NCBI GenBank assembly: GCA_963788655.1
Contig: CAWBHS010000006.1
Location: 64,001-128,000, forward strand
DNA: 64,000 nucleotides
Reading direction: 5' to 3'
DNA from: an uncultured Verrucomicrobiae bacterium
GTDB taxonomy: Bacteria; Verrucomicrobiota; Verrucomicrobiia; Limisphaerales; JAFGQR01
Below the pieces are notes generated by a model. It was not told where the DNA came from. It did not search any database and saw only the letters and a list, made by a program, of their open reading frames with translations. Positions 20,280 to 29,268 of this stretch are shown piece after piece. How positions within the stretch are numbered: the first letter of the stretch is position 1; each line of letters begins with the position of its first letter. The position numbers and the translations under genes are program-made.

Positions 20280-21529
20280 AGATATTGATGTCCTCGCACT
20301 TGTTCCCGCCCAGCGTGGGCGGCATCGAACGCGTCGGCTGGCTGCTGGCGCGGGGCTTTGCCGAACTGGGACACGAGGTGCGCGTGGTGACGCAGACGCC
20401 GGCAGGCGGCCAAGGAAATTGTGGTGTTGCGCCTTTAGCTAGAAAAATTCGCACGCCGCTTGAACCACTGACAGCTTGTAGCCGCCGACGTGAGGAGGCG
20501 GAGGAGGGTCAGGAAACATTGGATCCGCCTCCTGATGTCGGCGGCGGTCATGGGGATAACTGGAGTGCCGAACCGCCTCGTCTCTCGCTGGTCGCGCGCG
20601 CACCGGAAGTCGTACGCCGCCCTTCCTGGACCGAACTCGTGCGGGCCGTTCGCTGGTGTGACTTGTATTTGCACAACAACATCAGCCTGCAAACGGCCTG
20701 GCCATTATTGTTTGCGCGGCGGCCATGGGTGCTGGTGCATCACACCTGGATTGCGCGGGTCAATGGCACGCTGGGTTGGCGGGATCACCTCAAGCGCCTG
20801 GCGGCGCGATGGGGCTTTTCGATCACCGTCAGCACAGCGATGGGCCGGGCGTTGCCGGTTTCGTCCATCGTTCTGCCCAATCCTTACGATGACGAACTGT
20901 TTCAGGAACTGCCGGGCGTTGAGCGCGACCAGGAGTTGATCTTTGTGGGCCGCTTGGTGTCGGACAAAGGAGCCGACGTGCTGATCGAAGCCTTGGCGAA
21001 ATTGCGACAGCAAAACCTGACGCCGCGTTTGACTCTGGTAGGCGATGGACCGGCGGCGGCCCGATTGAAAGCGCTCGCTTATGAACGCGGCGTGAAACCG
21101 CAGATCACCTTCGCCGGGGCGAAGACGGGGCTCGAACTGGTTGAGTTGCTGAATCGGCACCGGATTATGGTGGTGCCATCGCGATGGCAGGAACCGTTCG
21201 GCCTGGTGGCGCTGGAAGGCATTGCGTGCGGATGTGTCGTCGTCGGCTCCAGCGGCGGCGGATTGCCGGAAGCCATCGGGCCGTGCGGGGTAACGTTTCC
21301 CAACGGCAACAGCGAGCGGTTGGCGGAAGCGCTGGGAGACTTGCTCCGAAACCCGGCTGCATTGGACGGCTATCGCGCGCCAGCCCGGGCGCATTTGCGG
21401 CCGCACCAGCGCAAACACGTCGCGCAGGCTTATCTGACCGTCTTCCAAAACTTGCTACAATTGAAACGGCACAATCCATTCGCCATTCCACCTAGGCAAC
21501 AAACGGTTCCCGTGAAACGCGCCGCTTGA
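20276..21529 (+). CDS. GT4 glycosyltransferase with an in-frame insert of about 60 aa
   Basis: FPPSVGGIE, FVGRLVSDKG, EPFGLVALEGIACG; insert after VRVVTQTP contains a family B repeat. Confidence 0.9.
   Translation: MKILMSSHLFPPSVGGIERVGWLLARGFAELGHEVRVVTQTPAGGQGNCGVAPLARKIRTPLEPLTACSRRREEAEEGQETLDPPPDVGGGHGDNWSAEPPRLSLVARAPEVVRRPSWTELVRAVRWCDLYLHNNISLQTAWPLLFARRPWVLVHHTWIARVNGTLGWRDHLKRLAARWGFSITVSTAMGRALPVSSIVLPNPYDDELFQELPGVERDQELIFVGRLVSDKGADVLIEALAKLRQQNLTPRLTLVGDGPAAARLKALAYERGVKPQITFAGAKTGLELVELLNRHRIMVVPSRWQEPFGLVALEGIACGCVVVGSSGGGLPEAIGPCGVTFPNGNSERLAEALGDLLRNPAALDGYRAPARAHLRPHQRKHVAQAYLTVFQNLLQLKRHNPFAIPPRQQTVPVKRAA
20478..20548. repeat. REPIN-like element, family B, inside a GT4 gene
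   Basis: gtagccgccgacgtgaggaggcgga / tccgcctcctgatgtcggcggc form a hairpin; arm matches intergenic copies at 8821 and 17221. Confidence 0.85.
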
Positions 21530-21595
21530 GCAGCCGTTACTATGAAGCAGCGTGGGGGCAGTTAACGGCCACTTGCCTGTTGAAAGCGCCGGCAA

Positions 21596-21789
21596 CGTGC
21601 TGCCGGCGTCCCGCCGGCAGAAACGGATGTGGTGAGAGCGGCCGAACCATTGTCCTAAAATCGACCGCTGTTTGTCCGTTCGATCTGCCGGCAGGATGCC
21701 GGCAGCACGCTGGTGCTGGCGTTCACTTGGAACACGCGATGCCATGTCGCGCAAACGTTTGGCCGTGTGTGGGGCTTGCTCCCGCTTTC
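21596..21789. repeat. Composite REP cluster: family E hairpin (21596-21709) plus a degenerate family D arm (about 21755-21789)
   Basis: cgtgctgccggcgtcccgccggcaga / tctgccggcaggatgccggcagcacg complementary at 24/26; gcttgctcccgctttc identical to 4374-4389. Confidence 0.82.
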
Positions 21790-21881
21790 GTTCGCAGCCG
21801 AACGCTCCTAAAGCAAACCAGCGCAGCTATGAAATTTGACGGCGTCTCGTCAGCGACAAGTGTCGCGTCAATGGTGAACGC

Positions 21882-23237
21882 ATGATTCTCATCAGCCATC
21901 CCACGGGAAATACGTTCGTGCGAGCCCTGTTGCAGGGACTTGCCGACGGGGGCCGCGATTATACGTTTCACACGACCTTGGCGGCAGACACAAACCGATG
22001 GTGGACTCGCTGCTTGCCAACCGGTTTGCGCCGGGAATGGATGCGCCGCTCGTTTCCGGTGCCGCAAACACGTTGCCGGCAGCACCCCGTTCGCGAATTT
22101 GGACGGCTGCTTTCTGCCCGTCTGGGACTGGCACCGCTGGTGCGGCATGAGACGGGGGTGTTCTCCGTCGATGCGGTGTATCGGGGTCTGGATCGAGCGG
22201 TGGCAGGCAAACTGCGAACGATGGTCGGCACTCAACCAGTGCAGTCGGTGTATGCCTACGAGGACGGCGCCCACGCCACGTTCGTTACGGCAAAGGAAAG
22301 GGGCATCCAGTGCTGCTACGAATTGCCCATCGCGTATTGGGAAACGTGCCGGCAATTGTTGTCCGAAGAGGTCCAACGCTGGCCGGAATGGGAACCGACG
22401 TTGCTGGCCGCGCGGGATTCCGACGCCAAGTTGCAACGCAAGACCGAGGAACTGTTACTCGCCGACGTGGTGATTTGTCCCAGCCAGTTTGTTTATCGCT
22501 CGCTGCCGCCGCCCATCCGGAACGCGAAACGATGCGTGATCGCAGAATTTGGATCACCCGCGGTGCCGGTCTTGGGATTGAATCGTGGCGGTATCCCGGC
22601 CGGGTTCAGGGCAAGAGCGACGCAAACGATTTGCGAAAGTCAGCGCCTCTTTGCGTCGGCTGCTACCCGCCCGGAAGGGCGCGCCCCGTTGCGAGTCTTG
22701 TTTGCCGGCGCGATGACGCAACGCAAAGGGCTGGCCGATGTCTTTGCCGCGATGCGCCTGCTCCGACGTAGCCACGTGGAATTGGTGGTCATGGGATCGC
22801 CACTGCTGCCGCTCGAATTCTATCGGCGCCAGTTTTCAAATTTCCTTTATGAACCACCGCGCGCGCACGGTGATTTTCTTGAGTTGATGCAGCAATGCGA
22901 CGTGCTCGTGCTGCCTTCAATTGTCGAAGGGCGGGCGCTGGTGCAGCAGGAGGCGCTGAGCTGCGGTCTCCCCCTGATTGTGACCGCCAACGCCGGCGGC
23001 GAGGATTTGATCGAAGCAGGCCAAACCGGCTGGTTGGTGCCGACCGGCGATCCGGAGGCGCTGGCGGAAAAGCTCACTTGGTTTACGGATCATCGCCGGG
23101 AGTTGCCGGCCATGCGTGAAGCCGCCCGCACCAAAGCCGCCGCCTACACTTGGGAACGCTATGCTCAAAAGATCCTGCAGACGGTGGCGCCAACCAAGCC
23201 GTCGGCGTCCACCCTGGCCGCCGCCATAGCCGCTTGA
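21882..23237 (+). CDS. GT4 glycosyltransferase with a repeat-derived insert in the interdomain linker
   Basis: ADVVICPSQF, LRVLFAGAMTQRKG, PSIVEGRALVQQEALSCGLP. Confidence 0.9.
   Translation: MILISHPTGNTFVRALLQGLADGGRDYTFHTTLAADTNRWWTRCLPTGLRREWMRRSFPVPQTRCRQHPVREFGRLLSARLGLAPLVRHETGVFSVDAVYRGLDRAVAGKLRTMVGTQPVQSVYAYEDGAHATFVTAKERGIQCCYELPIAYWETCRQLLSEEVQRWPEWEPTLLAARDSDAKLQRKTEELLLADVVICPSQFVYRSLPPPIRNAKRCVIAEFGSPAVPVLGLNRGGIPAGFRARATQTICESQRLFASAATRPEGRAPLRVLFAGAMTQRKGLADVFAAMRLLRRSHVELVVMGSPLLPLEFYRRQFSNFLYEPPRAHGDFLELMQQCDVLVLPSIVEGRALVQQEALSCGLPLIVTANAGGEDLIEAGQTGWLVPTGDPEALAEKLTWFTDHRRELPAMREAARTKAAAYTWERYAQKILQTVAPTKPSASTLAAAIAA
22645..22666 (-). repeat. Single family B arm inside a GT4 gene
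   Basis: Reverse complement gtagcagccgacgcaaagaggc matches 17221-17242 gtagcagccgacgtaaggaggc at 20/22. Confidence 0.75.
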
Positions 23238-23245
23238 ATGAAACG

Positions 23246-24685
23246 ATGACAAATTCGCCCGTCAACTATTCGGGAGCCGCAACTTCGGCGAAGGAGGGCA
23301 TTACGCGGAAGCGAAAAGCCGACGCCAAAACGATTCTGCGACGGCTGCTCTGGCTCTATTTCTGGCTGCTGATCTTTGAAGGCGCCATGCGCAAATGGCT
23401 GTGGCCGCAATTCTCGGCGCCGTTGTTGATCATCCGCGACCCGCTGGTGATGGGGATGTATTTCCTCGCGTTGCGGCACGACCTGTTTCCTCAGAGCGGT
23501 TTCCTCAAGGCGCTACTCAAGCTGGCGATTATTTGCGGATTCATCGCCGTGTTGCAGTTTCTACTGTTGGGAGTTTCCGCCAGCGTGCTGGTTTACGGGT
23601 GGCGTACGGCGTTCCTGCATCTGCCCCTGATTTTCCTGGTGCCGGAGATTTTCGGCCTCGAAGACCTGCGGCGCCTGGGAAAATGGATGCTTGTGCTCGC
23701 CATCCCGATGACGCTGCTCATGGCGTATCAGTTCAAGTCCCCGTCGGAGGCCTGGATCAATCGCGCCCCCGGCCTGAACGGCGGCAAGCAGTTGTATGCG
23801 GCCATGCAACGCGTCCGGCCACCGGGCACTTTCTCGTTCATTACCGGACCGGTCTGCTTCTTTTCCTTGGCCGCCGCGTATCTGTTGTTTGCCATGCGGA
23901 AAGGACGCGAAGGTTATTCGCCCTTGTTGTTGGCGGGGGCCGGCATCAGCGTGATTCTGGCGGGGGCGATTTCGGGGAGCCGCTCGGTGATCGTGTCGGC
24001 GGGCATCGTGATGGCGGGATGGCTGTTGGGCCTCGCCGCCTCGCGGCAAGCCTCAAGCCGCGTTCCCCGAACTCTGCTGTTGGTGGGATTATCCTTGCTC
24101 GTGCTGACGCAGGTGGGTTTGTTCAAGGAAGGCACCGAGGTGCTCTCCACCCGTTGGGAAATGGCCGCGTCGTCGGAACGCGCGGGGGGCGGAATGGCGG
24201 GCCGTATTCTCAATTCGCTGGTGTCCCCGTTGATGGTGCTGCCCTCCGTGCCACTGCTGGGGGAAGGTTTGGGGGTGGGCACCAACGTCGGGGCGCACTT
24301 GTTAACCGGACATACCCAGTTCCTCCTGGCGGAGGAGGAATGGGGACGCCTTGTGCTCGAGATGGGACCACTGGTAGGCTTGGCGTTCATCTTGTTTCGC
24401 GTCACCCTCGCGGTGTGGTTGGCGCGCCAAAGTGTCCAGTGCGCCAGCGCGGGCCATCTGCTGCCCTTGCTGCTGTTCAGCGCCTGTGCCGCGAACCTGT
24501 TGACCGGCCAGATTGCCCAACCCAATATTCTAGGATTCACCGCGCTGGGAACCGGGTTGTGCCTGAGCGCGATCAAGGGCGTGACTGTTTCCGCCGACCA
24601 GCAGACATGGAAGCCGCGCTCGCCGCGATGGTATCCTTTAAAACTCTGCGCGAGGGCGGATGAAAAGGACCGGAGAGCAGCATAG
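23246..24685 (+). CDS. Wzy-like polysaccharide polymerase / polytopic membrane protein
   Basis: About 10 TM segments, FEGAMRKW, RPPGTFSF, SGSRS, GEGLGVGTN, EMGPLVG; located within the GT cluster. Confidence 0.7.
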   Translation: MTNSPVNYSGAATSAKEGITRKRKADAKTILRRLLWLYFWLLIFEGAMRKWLWPQFSAPLLIIRDPLVMGMYFLALRHDLFPQSGFLKALLKLAIICGFIAVLQFLLLGVSASVLVYGWRTAFLHLPLIFLVPEIFGLEDLRRLGKWMLVLAIPMTLLMAYQFKSPSEAWINRAPGLNGGKQLYAAMQRVRPPGTFSFITGPVCFFSLAAAYLLFAMRKGREGYSPLLLAGAGISVILAGAISGSRSVIVSAGIVMAGWLLGLAASRQASSRVPRTLLLVGLSLLVLTQVGLFKEGTEVLSTRWEMAASSERAGGGMAGRILNSLVSPLMVLPSVPLLGEGLGVGTNVGAHLLTGHTQFLLAEEEWGRLVLEMGPLVGLAFILFRVTLAVWLARQSVQCASAGHLLPLLLFSACAANLLTGQIAQPNILGFTALGTGLCLSAIKGVTVSADQQTWKPRSPRWYPLKLCARADEKDRRAA

Positions 24686-24738
24686 GAAAAGACCGCCAGT
24701 CCGCATTTCAGAATTCTGGCAAACTGAGCCGCCTGGAA

Positions 24739-25935
24739 ATGAAGCTTCTGCTTATTGGCAATTACCCCGGCGACCAACAAGAAAGCATGCGTCGGTTTGC
24801 GGACTTGTTGCACACGCAACTGCTTGCGCGGGGCGTCAAGGTGGAGTTGCTGCGTCCTCCAAGGGTGTGGAACCGATTCGGAAGTTCGTTGCGTGGCTTG
24901 GGGAAATGGCTGGGTTACGCGGACAAATTGGTGATGTTTCCCCGCCTGCTGCGCCGCACCATCGCGCCACCTTTGAGTGCAAATTCCGGCCCGTGCATCG
25001 TCCATATCTGTGATCACTCGAATGCGGTGTATGTGCGGCACTTGAACGGCACGCCGCATTTGGTGACGTGCCATGACCTGCTGGCCGTCCGTGCTGCGTT
25101 GGGCGAATTCCCTCCGCGGCGTACCCGGTGTTCCGGCCGGCAATTGCAGCGGATGATTCTCGCCGGTTTGCGCCGTGCCGGCCGGGTCACCTGTGTTTCG
25201 GAAGCGACCCGCCGGGATGTGCTGCGGGTAAGCGGACGGGATCCAGACCAAACCAAGGTCGCGCCGCTGGGCTTGAATTACGCCTATTCCCCGATGCCGC
25301 CAGCGGAAGCCCGGCGTCAGATTGCCACGCTGCTCGACCGAACGCGCGCCACTGCCTCAATCGTTCGTCAATCATTGGCCACGACTGAACCCTTCCGCTA
25401 TCTCCTGCACGTGGGCGGCAACCAATGGTACAAGAATCGCTTGGGGGTTCTTAAAATGTATGCGCACTTGTGCGCCCTCGAGGCCGAAGCCCCGCGATTG
25501 GTCATGGTGGGGAAGCCATTCACGAAACCGATGCAGCAGTATATTGAAGCCAGCCAGCTTGCCGACAAAGTTGTTTCGCTCGCAGACTGTGACAACGAAG
25601 CGCTCCGCGCCCTGTATTCCCAGGCGGAACTGTTGCTGTTCCCCTCGCTGGCCGAAGGCTTCGGTTGGCCGATCATCGAAGCGCACGCCTGCGGTTGCCG
25701 CGTGGCCACCACCGACCAACCGCCCATGAACGACGTGGCGGGCGAGGCCGCATTCTTGCTTGAACCAAATGATCCGGCCAGCGCAGCACAGTGCGTAAAA
25801 CGGGCGTTGGCCGAGGACGCCCAGGCGCGGGCGGAACGGAGCAAACGCGGCCAGGAAAATGCCGCCCGGTTTTCCACGGAAGCCATGGTGACGAGCTATT
25901 TGCAGCAGTACGGAGAGTTGGCGGGAGTCAGTTGA
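24739..25935 (+). CDS. GT4 glycosyltransferase
   Basis: VTCHDL, HVGGNQWYKN, FPSLAEGFGWPIIEAHACG. Confidence 0.9.
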   Translation: MKLLLIGNYPGDQQESMRRFADLLHTQLLARGVKVELLRPPRVWNRFGSSLRGLGKWLGYADKLVMFPRLLRRTIAPPLSANSGPCIVHICDHSNAVYVRHLNGTPHLVTCHDLLAVRAALGEFPPRRTRCSGRQLQRMILAGLRRAGRVTCVSEATRRDVLRVSGRDPDQTKVAPLGLNYAYSPMPPAEARRQIATLLDRTRATASIVRQSLATTEPFRYLLHVGGNQWYKNRLGVLKMYAHLCALEAEAPRLVMVGKPFTKPMQQYIEASQLADKVVSLADCDNEALRALYSQAELLLFPSLAEGFGWPIIEAHACGCRVATTDQPPMNDVAGEAAFLLEPNDPASAAQCVKRALAEDAQARAERSKRGQENAARFSTEAMVTSYLQQYGELAGVS

Positions 25936-25946
25936 CGTTTTATCCA

Positions 25947-27152
25947 ATGCGCATTCTACATTGCATTCATTCCGTAAACCCTCGAATTGGCGGACCGATT
26001 GTCGGCCTCAAGAGTCTGGCCGCGCTGCACCAGTTGGCCGGGCGCGAGGTGGAAGTTGCTTCGCTCGACGCGCCCGACGCCCCCGGGGTGCGGGACGGTC
26101 CGCTGCAGGTCCACGCGTTGGGACCTGGCCTCCTGAAATACGGTTATAGCCGAAGGCTGGTTCCGTGGCTGCGGCGGCACCACGCGGACTACGACGTGGT
26201 GATCGTCAACGGCATCTGGCAATACCACAGCTTCGCCGTTTGGCGCGCGCTGCGGCCGATGCGCCGTCCGTACTATGTGTTTACGCACGGCATGTTGGAT
26301 CCGTGGTTCAAGCAGCAGTATCCGCTCAAGCACTTGAAGAAATGCCTGTATTGGCCGTGGGCGGAATACCGGGTGCTACGCGATGCGCGAGCGGTCCTGT
26401 TCACCACGGCCGAGGAACGGGAACTGGCCCACCAGTCATTTCGGCGCTATCGCTGCCGCGAAGTCGTGTTGGGCTACGGCACCCAACCTCCCTTGGGTGA
26501 TGCCGCCGGACAACGCGAGGTGTTCCAGCACCTCTTCCCCGAATGCCGCGGCAAACGCGTGTGGCTCTTCCTCGGCCGCCTCCACCCCAAGAAAGGTTGC
26601 GACCTGGTGTTGCAAGCGTTCGCGCGTTTCGCGGCCCACCATCCGGAACTTCATTTGGTCCTGGCCGGGCCCGACCAGGATGGTTGGCAAAGTCATCTCC
26701 AGGCCTTGAGCACCAGGCTGGGACTCGAGGGACGCATCACTTGGCCGGGAATGTTGGAAGGTGATTTGAAATGGGGCGCTTTTCGGACGGCTGAAGTCTT
26801 CGTCCTGCCCTCGCACCAGGAGAACTTCGGGATCGCGGTCACGGAAGCCATGGCGTGCGGGATACCGGTCCTGATTTCCACCAAGGTCAACATCTGGCAG
26901 GAAATCCAAAGCCATGACGCGGGCCTGGTCGAAGCGGACGACCTGGGCGGCACGCTTCGTCTCTGTTCGCGGTGGCTCAAGCTATCGCCGTCGGAACGAC
27001 AGATGATGGGGGAACGCGCGCGCTGGTGTTTTCAAGAGCAATTTGACGCGCAACAAGTGGTCGATAGATTGATGGCCCTGTGGTGGGCGGATGGAATCGG
27101 AACGGCGGCATCGGTAAACTCCGAGCATGGCCCGTTAGTAGCGGCGTGTTAA
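25947..27152 (+). CDS. GT4 glycosyltransferase
   Basis: THGMLDPW, FLGRLHPKKG, LPSHQENFGIAVTEAMACG. Confidence 0.92.
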   Translation: MRILHCIHSVNPRIGGPIVGLKSLAALHQLAGREVEVASLDAPDAPGVRDGPLQVHALGPGLLKYGYSRRLVPWLRRHHADYDVVIVNGIWQYHSFAVWRALRPMRRPYYVFTHGMLDPWFKQQYPLKHLKKCLYWPWAEYRVLRDARAVLFTTAEERELAHQSFRRYRCREVVLGYGTQPPLGDAAGQREVFQHLFPECRGKRVWLFLGRLHPKKGCDLVLQAFARFAAHHPELHLVLAGPDQDGWQSHLQALSTRLGLEGRITWPGMLEGDLKWGAFRTAEVFVLPSHQENFGIAVTEAMACGIPVLISTKVNIWQEIQSHDAGLVEADDLGGTLRLCSRWLKLSPSERQMMGERARWCFQEQFDAQQVVDRLMALWWADGIGTAASVNSEHGPLVAAC

Positions 27153-27174
27153 GGTGTCTCAACGCACGTGAGCA

Positions 27175-27294
27175 GGGGAGCGCGCCCGCCTCGGGCGCTC
27201 GCCACGGCGCCTCGCCGTGGAGTCGAACGACCCCGGCGCGACACGGCTCCGAATTCGCCGCGCATTCGCCGGGCCGGCGGGGCGCCTGTCCTAC
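27175..27294. repeat. Chimeric REP element: family C left arm and family A right arm
   Basis: ggggagcgcgcccgcctcgggcgc...ggcgcctcgcc then ggcggggcgcctgtcctac. Confidence 0.75.
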
Positions 27295-27301
27295 CCATTT
27301 G

Positions 27302-27859
27302 ATGAACTCCACCCACACCAGTCCTTCGTTCAGCCGGCGCAATCGGGCCGGCCGCGTGCTGTGGTCCATCGTCAATGCGCTGCTGTTCCGTCCCAGCCCC
27401 CGACCGTTCCATGCCTGGCGGGCAATGCTGTTGCGGATGTTCGGCGCGAAAATTGGCCGGGATTGCCATATTTATCCGCGAGTGGTCATCTGGGCGCCGT
27501 GGAATCTGGTCTGTGGCGACGAGGTTGGGGTCGCGGATGGGGTGATCCTTTACAGTCAGGCGCGCATCCTGCTGGGTGATCGATGCGTGATTTCGCAAGG
27601 CAGCCATTTATGCACGGGGACGCACGATTACACGTCGCCGCGATTTCCCTTGATCGCCCAACCGATCCAGGTGGGTGAATGCGCGTGGATTTGCGCCGAA
27701 AGCTTTGTGCATCCGGGCGTAACCATCGGGGCGGGCGCCGTCATCGGCGCACGGTCAGTGGTGACTCACGACCTCCCCGAATGGATGGTGTGCGCCGGCC
27801 ATCCTTGCCGTCCGCTCAAACCTCGCGCGATGCAACCACCGTTGGCGTCCGCCGCATGA
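27302..27859 (+). CDS. wcaF: WcaF-like hexapeptide-repeat acetyltransferase
   Basis: LLRMFGAKIG, IWAPWNL, HLCTGTHDY, GAVIGARSVVT, CAGHPC. Confidence 0.88.
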   Translation: MNSTHTSPSFSRRNRAGRVLWSIVNALLFRPSPRPFHAWRAMLLRMFGAKIGRDCHIYPRVVIWAPWNLVCGDEVGVADGVILYSQARILLGDRCVISQGSHLCTGTHDYTSPRFPLIAQPIQVGECAWICAESFVHPGVTIGAGAVIGARSVVTHDLPEWMVCAGHPCRPLKPRAMQPPLASAA

Positions 27860-29268
27860 AGGTGCCCGTTTCCATCTTGATCCCGGTCCGAAACGAGGCG
27901 GCCAACCTGCCGCGTTGCCTCGGATCGGTAACGTGGGCGGATGAAATCTGGGTGGTGGATTCGCAAAGCACCGACGATTCGGTTGGCATCGCCACGGCCC
28001 GCGGCGCACAGGTGGCACAATTCCATTTCAACGGCACCTGGCCCAAGAAGAAGAATTGGGCGTTGGCCAAGCTTCCGTTCAAGCACGAATGGGTTTTCAT
28101 CCTCGATGCCGACGAAGTGTTGCCCCCGGAAGCGGCGGAAGAAATTCGTAGCGTCGTCACCGACTCATCCACGGAAATTGCCGGTTACTGGATCAACCGT
28201 CGGTTCTGGTTCATGGGGCAGTGGCTACGGCACGCCTACTATCCGAACTGGAATCTTCGCCTCTTCCGGCATCGGCTGGGGCGTTACGAGCAACTCACCG
28301 CAACCGATACCGCAAGCGGCGACAACGAAGTCCACGAGCACGTAATCGTCCAGGGGCAGACGGCCCGCCTCCGGTGCGAGCTGGACCATTATGCATTTCC
28401 GTCCGTCGAGGTATTCGTTGAGAAGCACAATCGCTATTCAAACTGGGAAGCCCGCGTGGCCGTGGCCAATTCGGGGTTCGATGGCGGACCATCCATCCAA
28501 AGCCAAACGGTGAATTGGCGGCGCCGATTGAAACGCTGGTCTCAACGGCTGCCGGGACGTCCGTTGCTGCGCTTTCTGTACGTGTATGGGTGGCAACGCG
28601 GTTTCCTGGATGGTCGCGCCGGATATTATTTCGCCCGGCTGCATGGCTTTTACGAATTCCTCAGCGTGGCGAAGACACACGAACTGCACAAACTGAAACG
28701 CGAAGGGCAGTTAAACCCGAAATCCGAAGGTTCGAACGCAGCCACGTCGGGCCGCAGTCGTTCTCCGCTGAACTTCACCCTGACCGTGTTGTTTTGGGTT
28801 TGTCTGGCCGGTGTCTTGTTCTTCGCCTTGCGGCCATCGCCGCACGGGGAACGACTTTCGGGATTGCCGGACCCCATGGCGCTCTGGGTGGCGCTGCACG
28901 ATGGCGGGAGCAATCTGGTCGCGTTCGCCACGTTGGGCTTCCTGGGATTGGTGGCGGAATGGCGGCCCATCTCCAACGGCGGTTCACCAAGTCCGGGGGC
29001 GAGATCGGCCAATGGACGCATCCTAAGACGCCGGCTGCTCTGGCTGTTGGCACTGGTGCCAACCCTGGAACTGGCCCAGTTGGGCATTCCGGGGCGCGTG
29101 TTCGATTGGAATGACATCATCGTGGGTAGCCTGGGCGTGTTATCCGGCTGGACAGCGGGGAAGATCCTTGGCGCGATCATGCGGAAATTGACGAGTTACC
29201 ATTTCGGCGTCTCCACCGTCGAGCGACCGGGAGCACTGCCGCCACCGGTATCCGAGTCCTCTTTATGA
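27856..29268 (+). CDS. GT2 glycosyltransferase (WaaE/KdtX-like) fused to a C-terminal VanZ-like membrane domain
   Basis: VVDSQSTD, LDADE, VHEH, KHNRYSNWEA, GFLDGRAG; then 4 hydrophobic segments with LELAQLGIPGRVFDWNDI. Confidence 0.82.
   Translation: MKVPVSILIPVRNEAANLPRCLGSVTWADEIWVVDSQSTDDSVGIATARGAQVAQFHFNGTWPKKKNWALAKLPFKHEWVFILDADEVLPPEAAEEIRSVVTDSSTEIAGYWINRRFWFMGQWLRHAYYPNWNLRLFRHRLGRYEQLTATDTASGDNEVHEHVIVQGQTARLRCELDHYAFPSVEVFVEKHNRYSNWEARVAVANSGFDGGPSIQSQTVNWRRRLKRWSQRLPGRPLLRFLYVYGWQRGFLDGRAGYYFARLHGFYEFLSVAKTHELHKLKREGQLNPKSEGSNAATSGRSRSPLNFTLTVLFWVCLAGVLFFALRPSPHGERLSGLPDPMALWVALHDGGSNLVAFATLGFLGLVAEWRPISNGGSPSPGARSANGRILRRRLLWLLALVPTLELAQLGIPGRVFDWNDIIVGSLGVLSGWTAGKILGAIMRKLTSYHFGVSTVERPGALPPPVSESSL

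Noticed and set aside
21526..21885. Small ORFs in repeat-filled gaps (also 4146-4559, 16968-17258, 30588-30826)
   Set aside because: They are translations of the palindromic repeats (ESAGKPDALQTLAR recurs almost verbatim), not genes.
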